A stretch of DNA of 64,000 nt from Squalus acanthias. Its lineage: Eukaryota. This document shows positions 37,644 through 49,588 of this stretch, piece by piece (the stretch's first letter is position 1; each line of letters opens with the position of its first letter). The stretch spans positions 51,338,001 through 51,402,000 of the forward strand of contig CM059432.1 in the NCBI GenBank assembly GCA_030390025.1. Reading direction: 5' to 3'. The position numbers and the translations under genes are program-made. Below the pieces are notes generated by a model. That model made no database searches and had not been told where the DNA came from. It worked only from the letters and a program-made list of their open reading frames with translations.

Positions 37644-38491
37644 GGGGGGAAAATTCGGTTGATTAGCGCCTCCCATTAGCGCCCTAAGATGTTTGCGCCG
37701 CTCGCGAAATTGACCAGACATTTTGAGGCAGCGCTAAACACTACTGCCACGATCGCCTGCGCCCACAGATCGTGACGTCAGTCGAACGTGCAACGCCCTG
37801 GTAGCGCCCTGGACTGGATATTGAGTGGCGCCCCCTGCCTTTCCACCTGCTGCTGGCAATGACAGGTTGAGGGGAGCGTTTTGCAGTTGGGAAGGGACTG
37901 GGGGAGCGTTATTTAAAGGCGGCCGCTTCCTGGTTTTTTTTGTCGGCGACATTTTTGCACCACGCATTCTGAGAGAGAGAGAGAGACTTCTGAAGAGATT
38001 CAACGCTGTGTGAAGGAGTTTTGGGTACTGAGCAGCACTTTGCAGTTTCATTTTGATTTGCCCTTCCTTGCATCGATTTAGAAGAGATTATGGAGGCTGC
38101 ACTCTGAGCTCTTTCCCTGGGTCTCTCCATTGTTCTTTCCAGCAGAATTGATGTACAGGTCTCTCCAGGCCGAGATTCAAGGCTGCAATGAGCAGGGTGT
38201 GGCTGGAGAGCAAGATCGACCCTCCCCTTTAAGAACTGGCCGGTGCTAATCTGTCTGTGTTCCATTGCTAACTGACATTACCTGAGCTTCGCCAGCGCTC
38301 TGAGGTAGTGCCTCGCTCCTCAGCGTTAGCGCCTTAAGAGAGGTGTGCAGCGGCTGATTTAGCGCTCAAATCACCTCCAGGGGCGATAGAGGCCAAGTTT
38401 GCAGTCGGAGGCGATAATTAGCGCCAGGCGCTAAACTTTGCGCCCTGCCGATAATTGCGCCCCAACCAGGGCGATACCGAATTTCTCCCCC
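37644..38491. mobile_element. Non-autonomous Harbinger deletion derivative
   Basis: ggggggaaaattcggt ... accgaatttctccccc; TTAGCGCC repeats; both ends homologous to the ends of copy 1. Confidence 0.85.
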
Positions 38492-39318
38492 CGCTATCTT
38501 TTAACAACAACAACAACTTATATTTATATTGCGCCTTTAACATAATCAAATGTCCCAAGGCGCTTCACAGGAGCGTTAAGTCAGAAATCGCTGATGTAAA
38601 CAAATTACCTGCTTGGCAGTTTCAAACAGAATGATGGTAGATTATGAATCCACCACAATCTTTTCTGTAATAGTACTTTTCAAGAGATTAGTTTGTGCAA
38701 TCTTCCTGAAAAAGCTATTATCTAAAGATTATATTGTTTTAAAATAACCTCAAAAGAGCGCAATAAATTGACACTCTACCAACACGCTGGGCAGTAATAC
38801 CATCACCATAAGTAACAGAAAAGACTGCTCTAAACTCATCTCCTCCCATTGGGTGCCATTAACTGTTCCACATTAGACAAAAATCATGTTGTTATACCTC
38901 AAAGTGCTGAAAATACATTGAATTTCCTAATATTGCAAACAATTACACAGCATTATCAGTGTTACTTTCAACTGCAGTTTTGTTACCAGTTAGTAAATAT
39001 AGATTCTTTGGCAGTTTTTATTTGTTGGTTGCGATGCAGAAATCCAGTGAGATCAGTTGGGGCCCAATATTCCTTTTATCTCGAAAAAGGGAGATGTTTC
39101 TTTCCAACTTAACAAACCACTAAGAAAATCTCAGGAATGTGTGGGTTTGAAGTGTGCAGTTTCCAAGAATGATTTCATTGGCAGTAACACAAAAATACGA
39201 GCCAATCATGGTGTACCTGTAATAATAATATGGATGAAGCAGCTAACAAGCTACTTAGACAGGTAAAATGTTAAAAAGTTTTATTAATCTAGCCTTAATG
39301 CATGCAATGTTTGGTGAA

Positions 39319-39545
39319 AATGGCTGCAGGGCAAGTGAGAAAAGGCCAATTTAACAACGAGGCCCTACAATCGGTGGTAAGATCAGTAAGGAGTGAGCAT
39401 CTTTTTGGTTGGGGATAACAGCCCCTAAATGTGCCAAGTGGATGAGAAGCATGACAGTCACTGACAGAGTGAATGTTTACAACTCAGAAGAGCTCTTTCG
39501 AGGCCTGAAAGAAGCTGCATGGCGTAAAGAAGAGCACAAGGGTAG
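39319..39545 (+). pseudogene. Harbinger Myb exon 1 relic
   Basis: MAAGQVRKGQFNNEALQSVV. Confidence 0.45.
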
Positions 39546-39594
39546 TGTGCAAACAATAATGTAATGGAAATGTATGAAGGAAAAGAAAGAAGAA

Positions 39595-39918
39595 GGAACT
39601 TGCATTTATATAGCGCCTTTCACAATGTCAAGACACCCCAAAGTGCTTTACAGCCAATGAAGTACTTTTGAAGTTTAGTTACTGTTGTAATGTAGGAAAC
39701 ATGGCAGCCAGTTTATGCACAGCAAGGTCCCTCAAACAGCAATGAGATAAATTACCAGATAATCTGTTTTATTGATGTTGGCTGAGGTATAAATGTTGAT
39801 CAGGACAATGGGGAGAACTCCCCTGCTCTTCAAATAGTGCCATGGGATTTTTTACGTCCACCTGAGAGAACAGATGGGGCCTCGGTTTATGTTTCGACCA
39901 AAAGACGGCACCTCCAAT
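39595..39918 (-). mobile_element. Deu-domain SINE fragment
   Basis: Contiguous homologue of 4357-4542 plus 18280-18380. Confidence 0.75.
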
Positions 39919-39969
39919 TGCCTCACATCAGCAAAAACAGAGCTTTGTCATCTACTGCAAGGACACCTG

Positions 39970-40977
39970 TTGCAAATTAGTAATGTTAGTGATAGTACCA
40001 CTCAAGAGGAAAGCCAGGGAAAGAGTAGGCAGAGAAGAGGATTGATAAATGATGGGCTCACGGGTTTCAACATAGTAATCTCAGTAGTTAACTCAATGGA
40101 CTCCACAGATTTACAGAGATAATTACAAACGGTAAGGGAGAAATTGAAAGAGATACTCAGTAAGGAAAACAGCATAGAAAACGAGGAGCTAAGGGAGGAT
40201 CAGGTAATGACCATACACCTGCGGGACATCATACACAAGATAGAGGATCATGCCAAAAGAATTAGTGATCTGATTAGAGAAAACAGAAATGCCTCTGATT
40301 AAGCAGCCCATAATGACGCAACACGGTGGCATAGTGGTTAGCACTGGTGCCTCACAGCGCCAGAGACCCGGGTTCGAATCTGACCTCGGGTGACTGTCTG
40401 TGTGGAGTTTGCACATTCTCCCCGTGTCTGCGTGGGTTTCCTCCGGGTGCTCCGGTTTCCTCCCACTGTCCAAAAATGTGCGGGTTAGGTTGATTTGGCT
40501 ATGATAAATTGACCCTTAGTGTTAGGGGGGGATTAAATATGTGGGGTTATGGGGATAGGATGGGATATGTTCGGGGGAATTAAATACGTGGGGTTATGGG
40601 GGTCGGGTGGGGATATGTGTACTGTGGAGATTAAAGCAGGGACAGGGTACTGGATTTGAATGATCAGCCATGATCGTATTGAATGGTGGTGCAGGCTCGA
40701 CGGGCCGAATGGCCTACTCCTGCTCCTAGATTCTATGTTTCTATGCGTTATGTACGGAAATTGGTTGATTGAGCAAACTAGGGAAAACCTTCAGACTATC
40801 AATAAGGGACGTCTCCCCACTTGGGTCACTAATAAACACTTATCAGGGCTATCCAGCTATTACGATGATGCAGAACTATGTAAGATCAGGAGTTTGATTA
40901 GGATCCACCCTGTCAAACACGAATGCCACGAGGTAGGGAGTCAAAGGTTGATGGGACTAATACTACAAATTCTATAA
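39970..40977 (+). pseudogene. env: Second, diverged F-like env relic split by a SINE
   Basis: SRQRRGLINDGLTGF...VVNSMD, EDQVMTIHL, RNASD*AAHN | CVMYGNWL...PTWVTNKHL are colinear with ORF 1802..3184. Confidence 0.85.
40318..40743 (+). mobile_element. V-SINE (HE1-like) with CR1-derived tail
   Basis: tRNA head (ggttcgaat), V-domain tgtgtggagtttgcacattctcccc, tail ggccgaatggcctactcctg. Confidence 0.85.
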
Positions 40978-40997
40978 AAGCTCTCAATTAATTTGTC

Positions 40998-41742
40998 TGT
41001 GACTACACAAACCACTCTGGGTACAGGTATATTGTGTATCAGTAAAACAGGTTTATTAAGCATTAAACATCCGGTATAAAGAAGTAATACTTAACAAGAA
41101 GATAGTCGCAGTTTGTTCATTGAACCCCGGTGTTCCTTCCGAGTGACTGTGGCGCGGTCTCTTTATTCTCTTGCTGTGTTCTGTTGACTGAAGCTTCTCA
41201 TCCTCTGGCTTTGCGCTGCTTTCAGTGTTCAATAGCTGTTCCTTTATACCTTTTTTTCCCCTTCAAAATACATAGCAACTTGCAGCTACTTGGGCTATCT
41301 CACCATTCTGACCTTCACAAGTACGGTCTATGATTCCCTCCCCTTTTCTGCTGTGAGCTTTGAGTATGAGAACTTTTACATAGCCAGACTTCCCATGAAT
41401 TACGACAGAGGTCTTTTGCCTTTCCCATAGCCCATTATCTAGACTGGTCTGAAACTTCAGCGATAATGGATGTTAGGTATTGAAAACCCTCTATCTTACT
41501 CTGAGACTTAATTAATGTTTTGTCCTTCACTGACTTCTTGTTTTTAATATAACAGAAGATCTACACTACCTCAGCACTATTCTCGCAGTTAACACAATGT
41601 TGGCTTAATTTTACCATCATGCTTTGCTTCCCAGCCATTCGCCATTTTATACAGGCTTTTTAGGTTTTTAACATACAATTTCACATATTATAGTTATTTA
41701 ATAATGGTTACAAAATCCTAACAATGTTTACTAAATCCTACA
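40998..41742 (-). repeat. Probable solo LTR
   Basis: TG...CA ends; reverse-strand TATAAA (~41245) and AATAAA (~41053); no clean TSD. Confidence 0.5.
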
Positions 41743-42352
41743 GGTACACTCTATCCTACACTGCTCTCCTAATGATTGGCAAGATCACCATTATCTTGAA
41801 CTGTTATGCCTATTGGTCAGCCTTAGCAAGCATTGTAATATCAGGTTCTGTGCTGCCCACATATTCATCAAAAAGGAAACTGATGTGTTCGTCAGCATGG
41901 TAAGCACCTATATTTCCTTTGCCACTAAACACCATGACATGCATGGCCAATGATACATTTCATAAAGCGCACAGTCTCTGATTCCGGACACATGTCCAAT
42001 TTGAAGTTGTTGGAAGATGTGAGTGCTGCTTAGCCTTTGTTGTATGTTGCATCTGGACTGTGTGCCCTGCTGATGTTTGGTATGCATGAGATGCAATGAA
42101 AATGTTGTAAGGTTGTATGAAGGCTTGGCATGGCTGGGCAGCATAAACTTTGTGGCACGTGCCAACAACTTGCTACATGGTACTGTTGGTTTGTCTTACC
42201 TTGCGAGATCTGCAAAAGTGTGCTGCCTTTTCCTGCATCTATTTTCAGGTATTGCAGAGAATGTCAACAGCATTCAGTCAGGCTGCCACCTTCTCATGAA
42301 TCAGCAAGTTAACTTTGCAAGACAACAAACATGGAATTGGGGACTGTGGGTA

Positions 42353-42868
42353 AACATAGAAACATAGAAGATAGGAGCAGGAGTAGGCCATTAGGCCCCT
42401 CGAGCCTGCTCCGCCATTCGATGAGATCATGACTGATCATCCAAACTCAGTACCCTGTACCTGCCTTCTCCCCATATCCCTTGATATCTTTAGCTTTAAG
42501 AAATATATCTAACTCATTCTTGAATATATTTAATGACTTGGCCTCAACTACCTTCTGTGGTAGAGAATTCCACAGGTTCACCACTCTCTGGGTGAAGAAA
42601 TTCTTCCTCATTTCTGTCCTAAATGGCTTACCCCTTATCCTTAGATTATGACCCCTGGTTCTGGACTCTCCGACCATCGGGAACATTCTTCCTGCATCTA
42701 GTTTGTCCAGACCTGTGACCCAATCTCTCCTCATATGTCATTCCTGCCATCCCAGGTATCAGCCTTGTGAATCTTCGCTGAACTCCCTCCATGGCAAGAA
42801 CATCCTTCCTCAGATAAGGCGACCAAAACTGCACACAATACTCAAGGTGTGGTCTCACCAAGGCCCTT
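42353..42868 (-). mobile_element. CR1 3' fragment flanked by a 117-bp duplication
   Basis: aacatagaaacatag tail; [12 protein letters not shown]. Confidence 0.9.
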
Positions 42869-43884
42869 CATCTATTTTCAGGTATTGCAGAGAATGTCAA
42901 CAGCATTCAGTCAGGCTGCCACCTTCTCATGAATCAGCAAGTTAACTTTGCAAGCCAACAAACATGGAATTGGGGACTGTGGGTACCACGTCACTACTTG
43001 CCCATAGATTCAATTTCGTGCCTCCATATTATTCACCCTCACTTTCCTTTGCCTGTCACTTCTCTCCTCACACCCCATGCATTCTTTGGAAGGGATGAAA
43101 AATATTTTAAAACTTTTTATTTAAGTCTTTCTAAGACGATAGACATTTTTGCAACCCTCCTATATCTATTTGCCTTTAAGTGGCCACATCAATTTAATTT
43201 GGAGCAGCAACCCTTTAAGAGCTGAATGTTCCCAATTCTGCAAGCCTTCTATTTCAATGTCCCTTGCACAAAGTTCAAGCACACGAGGAATGCATACTAA
43301 ACATACTAAATGACCTGACCCCATGGATTTCAGTGGGGTCAGGCTGCTTGCCATTAGCACAGGAGTACCCAATAGCATTGAGAACGCAGACTGTTTCCCC
43401 CCTGATCAGGGGAATTGGCTATAATATTCATTATTTCAATGAAGCCTCCATTGTACCTAGATTAAAAAAGAGGTACCAGCATCTGTCTCCTGCACTACGT
43501 ACTCAGTGCTCATATTGCGGTGGAAATGGTACGGTTTGTGCATATGACGGTAGTCATTCTCCTGTGTTGATGCTGGTGCCATTGTTAGTCATGGTGGTTT
43601 GTGAAGTTATGAACAGCCATAACTGTTCCTCAGGAAGTATCAGCTACAGCTGCAGCCCTTGCCAGAGGACTGGCAATTTTTTTGGAAGGATATTTCTGGT
43701 ATAAAGCTCTAATTGTTTCTAATGGACAAAAATTGTAAAATACAAAGTATATCATAAATCTAAACTCAAATTCGAAGAAGAAATATATTTGCTTTCTGAG
43801 TTTTTAAGTTTGATCTGTGTCGATTTAAAATTGCCACATAGCAAAAGATTAGAATCAAACTGAAATATGAGAATAGGAGAAGGT

Positions 43885-44076
43885 TGTTAATTGTATTCAG
43901 GTATTAATTGGGGACTCTCTTGTGCTCATATATATGGGAGCAGGCTCGGGAAGTGGAAAAGCTTATCTTGGGGTGTATGGTACGTAATGTGCGTCTCTGT
44001 AAATGAAGGCTTGTAAGCGACAGAAGACTAGGCTCTAGTATTCTATCCTTCACCACCTGGCTAAATGACTTTTATA
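43885..44076 (+). repeat. Short solo LTR (Gypsy-like) with 5-bp TSD AAGGT
   Basis: aaggt|tgttaa ... ttttata|aaggt; internal TATATA. Confidence 0.6.
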
Positions 44077-44099
44077 AAGGTTTCCTCTGTGTAGTATGT

Positions 44100-44900
44100 G
44101 AAACAAAAGTGCAGGCCCATGAATAAAGAATAAGTTCATAATGTTTTTATACATAGGAGAAGAATCTTCCCCCAAAAGAGCTAAAGTAAATTTGATTGCA
44201 AAAAGTGGCATAGATCTCCCAGCTCAGATCTGCTCCCCATTAACTGATATGAACAAACCTCCGAGTTCATATCTGTCCCCAAGTAAGTGGCCTGAATCTC
44301 CCAATTTAGTTGTGTTTCCAAATAACTGGAATGAATCCATTTACCAGTTTGGATCTATCTCCATTAATGGGCATAGACCTCCTGGTTTAAAGCATTCAAC
44401 ATGGAATATACTGGTAAGGAGCAGAATGTTTTCCAAGTTAAAACTACTAAAGCAATTGATAAAATGGCACAGAAGATAGATATCATTTCAAAAAATGTCC
44501 TAATTAGTGAAGAAAACAATAGAACGGATTGAGAAAAGGACCATCAGTATCTCAATTCCATTCTTTATCTTGTGCAACAAGGCATGGATGTGTCAGCAGA
44601 TGCTTGATAATAAAGAGCTGTTAGTTTTCAGGGACATTTAAATATATGATTTGATTGTTTCTTTGAGGAAATATTGAAGGAGTTGTTCAAAAATGCACAG
44701 CAACAGAAAATTACAATAGAGAGGTAGATTGCATACTTTTTCTGAAGCTTTCAGATCCCATAAGATATGAGCATTTTTTGCCAAGCTGTTGAACTATCAG
44801 ACCAAGAAGATAATACTCCAAGTCACTGAAGAAAAAATAAAGCTAAAGTTTAATGGAAGATGGATTATTCTGCATACTGACTTGCAGCAGAGCTGTTACT
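44100..44900. mobile_element. Decayed L1-like relics (ORF1-like on +, possible RT scrap on -)
   Basis: FAKLLNYQTKKIILQ...KLKFNGRWI resembles the L1 ORF1 C-terminal region. Confidence 0.45.
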
Positions 44901-44959
44901 GAATCTCTACTGAGTTGGGGCCAAATGGTTACTGAGGGAAGCAGGACTGTGGTACAAGT

Positions 44960-47332
44960 ATTAGACAATCAGGGTTTCAGACCCCGTTTCCATCCGCCTC
45001 CAAGATGCGGGATAGGCCCTTAAGGCCCTTAACAACCAGTTAAGTGCCTCTATAATCCCATTTTGAGAGGCCTTTCTGAATTTAACACATTTCCCCCATG
45101 CTGTACATCTCCTCTGGAACACGCCAGTGAATCCTGGCGGCCTCACAAGTGGATTGCTTACTAACAGCTGCAGCTCCACCATTAAAAAGGAGTTTTCAGC
45201 AATCATCATTTGCAGGTAGCAGAACTTTGTTGTCTCAGGTCTGGGGGAACTTTTAGCAGGCCTACTCATTGTTGTGGAAGTTTGAAGCCTGAGACCCATC
45301 TCCAGTGTGACCTCCTGGGAAATCCCTCTCCCCACCTTGACTGAGCGCTTTCTCAACTGAGATATATAGTAGAAGAATGGGAACCATTTATTTCCTTTCC
45401 TCCTGGACATCAGATTCGGACGAAGACCAGTCGCGGCAGCAGCAGAACCCTGAACAACAGCAGCACCAACAGCAGGAGCAACAACAGGAGCGCCAAGCTG
45501 CTGCTCACCCACCTGAAGCTGCACAGGCCAGAAAGCGCCAGCGCAGGGAAGCACATCGCCACAGGAGATACCCCCAAAACAGGGTCTACAGACAGAGGAT
45601 GAGCTACCTCAACATGACTGAGCAGCAGTGCCAAAGGAGGCTCAGACTTTCGTGAGAGGTAGTGAGTGACATCTGCGCAATGCTGCAGCAAGACCTGGAG
45701 CCCAGAGGAGCGGGTGGACACCCCTTACCAGTGGCTGTCAAAGTCACCACCACACTCAACTTTTTTGCTTCAGGCTCATTCCAGGGATCAACAGCGGACA
45801 TCAATGGCGTCTCCCAGGCGACCGCACTCATGCAGGTTACCGATGCCCTCTTTGCCATCGTGCACAATTACATCAATTTCTCCAAGGATCAAGCAAGTGT
45901 AACCGCGCGTGTGGTTGGGTTTGCGAATCTGGCAGGCTTTCCAAGGGTGCAGGGCGTCGTTGACTGCACACATGTGGCCCTTAAGGCACCCCATCACAAT
46001 CCAGGTATTTTTGTCAACTGCAAGGGCTTCCACTCCCTCAACGTTCAGTTGGTGTGTGACCACAAGAAGGAAGTTTTGCATGTTTGCGCCAAGTACCCTG
46101 GCAGTTGCCATGACTCCTTCATCCTGCGGCAGTCTAGTATGCCTCCGCTCTTCAGTCCGCCAGACCAACTTTTCGGATGGCTACTTGGAGACAAGGGCTA
46201 TCCCCTGAAGACATGGCTAATGACGCCATTGAGGAGCCCATCCAATGAAGCTGAGTAGCGCTACAACTCCAGCCACATTTCCACCAGATCCATAATCGAG
46301 CAAACCATTGACTTGCTGTGATGCGCCCGTCTGTCCGTCCCCCACTTGCGCATCCTCCTCCACTCCCATGATCTCCAGGGCTGCCTCCTCTGCAGTGGTG
46401 AGCTGGGCTACTGAGGGTGGCCCTCCTCCTGTCCTCGCCCTCTCCCTCTTATTGTGGGCTCTCTTTTCCTGCAATAAGGGACACAAGTGGAGTTTGAGTG
46501 ACAATGAAGGAGTGAGTGTAGAGAATCCATAGCATAGATGCTTAGAAGGACACAAAGATGGAGTGAGGTGTCAAGACCAAGGGCCCTCCCTGTGTGTTGT
46601 AAGTTTTTGTCATTGCATCACAGTGATAGGGAGTGTGAGGGCTGCATAGTCGAATAGTTAAGTGAATGTGAACATGCAGAGAGGGGGAATGGGTAAGGGT
46701 GCAGGGATGTAAGGGTGAAATGGGATGTGGAGGAGGAGGTTGACAAAGCAGAGTGCTGGTGATGAGAGGCGATGGGGATCAGATTGAGGGTCATGGGGAT
46801 GCAATACTCACTTTTCCTGTGCGGAGATGGTCATGAAACCTCTTTCTGCACTGCAGCCAGGTTCTGCTGCACATTGATATCGCATTCACCTCCTGTGCCA
46901 CTTGCAGCCACACAGCTTTGGTCTGTTGTGGAGGCTTTTTTCTCCCTGAGGAAGGAAAGAGCACTTCCTTGTTTGCTCTTGCTCCCTCCACCAGAGCTTG
47001 GAGGGAGGCCTCATCGAATCTGGGTGCATACTTTGGTCTGGTGCTGGACATAGTAGCAGTAGGAATCCCTCAGAAGTATGTTGATAAAGTTGTAAGGCTG
47101 AAAAAGAACCAAGGCTGCTTGCAGGCCTTAAATCCAGCTGCATAGATGACATAATCGGAGGCGAGTATCAGTATCAAAAGACTCATTGGGCCAGGGGTTC
47201 CCACACGCTGGAAATCAAGTGCCCAATTAGGGCAAAATCGCACTTTTGTCCCGCCTCACATCGGAGGCGGGGTCCTGACACGCCGACCACCTGACATGCC
47301 CCCAACCCGCCCCCAATGACAAAATCCAGCCC
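44960..47332. mobile_element. Internally deleted Harbinger of the GGGCTGGATTTT family
   Basis: Transposase 45377-46315 (VDCTH, HDSFI, GDKGY) joined to Myb exons on - (46316-47051); right TIR aaaatccagccc; left TIR not seen. Confidence 0.85.
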
Positions 47333-48210
47333 AAAGAGTCTGCAAAGGGATATAGATAGATTAATTGAGTGGGCAAAATTTTGGCAGATGGAGTGTGGGA
47401 AAATGTGAAGTTATCCACTTTGGAAGGAATAATGAAAAAGCAAATTATTATTTAAAAGGAGTGAGACTACAAAATGCTGTGGTACAGAGGGATCTGGGGG
47501 TCCTTGTACATGAAACACAAAAACTTAGCATGCAGGTACAGCAAGTAATTAGGAAGGCTAATGGAATGTTGGCCTTTATTGCAAGGGGTATGGAGTATAA
47601 AAGTAGGGAAGCCTTGCTACAATGTTACAGGGCACTGGTGAGGCCGCACCTAGAGTACTGCGTACAGTTTTGGTCTCCATATTTAAGGAAGCATATACTT
47701 GCATTGGAGGCAGTTCAGAGAAGGTTCACGAGGTTAATTCCTGGGATGAGGGGGTTGTCTTATGAAGAAAGGTTGAGCAGGTTGGGCCTATACTCATTGG
47801 AGGTTAGAAGAATGAGAGGTGATCTTATTGAAACGTATAAGATTCTGAGGGGGATTGACAGGGTGGATGCTGAGAGGATGTTTCCCCTAGTGGGGGAATC
47901 TAGAACTAGGGGGCACAGTTTCAGAATAAGGGGTCGCCCATTTAAGACAGAGATGAGGAGGAATTTCTTCTCTCAGAGGGTCATGAATCTTTGGAATTCT
48001 CTACCCCAGAGAGCTGTGGAGGCGGAGTCATTGAATATATTCAAGGTGGAGATTGACAGACATTTGAACTACAGGGGAGTCAAGGGGTATGGGGAGAGAG
48101 CGGGAAAGTAGAGTTGAGGCCAAGATTGGATCAGCCATGATCTTATTGATTGGCGGAGCAGGCTCGAGGGGCCGATTGGCCTACTCCAGCTCCTGTTTCT
48201 TATGTTCTTA
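47333..48210 (+). mobile_element. CR1 3' fragment (248-aa ORF2 C-terminus)
   Basis: [26 protein letters not shown]; ttcttatgttctta tail. Confidence 0.9.
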
Positions 48211-49588
48211 TTATCTTGAATTGATCTGGTTGGGGTGTTGGATTGGATAATTAAATGTATTGAATAACATTTTTGGAGAATTTTAGAATGTGGTGAATGG
48301 ATATCATCATGGTTATTTGTATCCCTTTAAGTTACATTAATTATTCATAGATTTTCTTGTTTTAATTCTATTTATTAAAGAATGCATTTAGAGAAGGAAA
48401 GGGGTCGGGCAGGAAGAGGATGTCATGAACAGGAACAAGACATTTGATAGGTCGGGTAGGATGAAGTCATTCACTTCAAAATAGCAGAATAGTGAATGCA
48501 AAAAGCAGAGTGAGGCGTCAAATAAAAATGAGGGTAGAAATTCCGATCAGTGAAGTTCATGTACAAACGCTCAACGGGCTTGTATTGCAGTCGTGTGTAC
48601 TCTATTTTTATGCTGTGATTAACCCATTTATTTTTTATTTGTTCTTAGGATATGGGTGATAGTGGCAAGGCAGTATTTATTGCCCATCCATACTTGCTCC
48701 GAGGGCATTGGCCACGATATTTTCGGGGCCGTGGGTTCGGAGCGGGTGGGAGGAGTTATGGACGGACAACCTGGAAGTACGAGGCCCGGGAAACCCAACC
48801 GAAATGGGTTAAAAAGAAAAAGTTTCTTATAATGGTGGCACACTGCCTCCTTAAAAGCAGTTAACGACAGACCCGCCTACTGAGAACGGATTGGTCGCCG
48901 ATCTCCAGTGGGTGGGTTCGAGACGGGTTGCGGTCAGGTTTGAAATTTCAAAAATTATAACTTCTTACACGACCCCAACCCACCCGTTCTTGGGGGTTAA
49001 AATTACCTCCAATTAAGTCAATAACACAGTGCAGGATTGGAGTGATATGTAGGCCAGACCAGACATGGATGGTAGGTTCCCTTCTCTCCTTGAAAGATAT
49101 TAATGAACCATTTGGGTTTTTACAGCAACTTTTATGATCATTTTTTCTGATACTCACCCACAGATTACTAGATTTTTTTGAAATTCAATTTCAAAAGTTG
49201 CCATGGTGTGATTTGGACTATGAATTACTTTGATGCCTCCAGATATCACTGTCAAAATGTTTCTTCCATTTGTCTATGTTCAAGTGTAATATGAAATGTA
49301 AAATTGAGATCTTTGGAGTTAAGCTGATGTAAAATAATGAGCTGGTGTGTAGCTCAAGGCATTATAGGCACTAGTATATTCTTGAAAATTAATCTGCTCT
49401 GATACCAAATGGATATGAATGTACTGTACTATATGAAATGGAAGATTCAATAAAAATTATTTTAAAAAGTATAATCACAGCAATATTCTCCCTGGCCTAT
49501 ACTAGTTCTGCCATCATGTATAAGCTGTTTAAAATTAGCATAGTTAAAAATTGCATTGTTGGGTCATATTGAATTTTTATAGGAACCA

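Noticed and set aside
40318..40390. tRNA gene
   Set aside because: It is the head of a V-SINE; no complete cloverleaf
41745..42235. Continuation of the env relic or a host exon
   Set aside because: Only a weak NIRF-like match; no convincing frame
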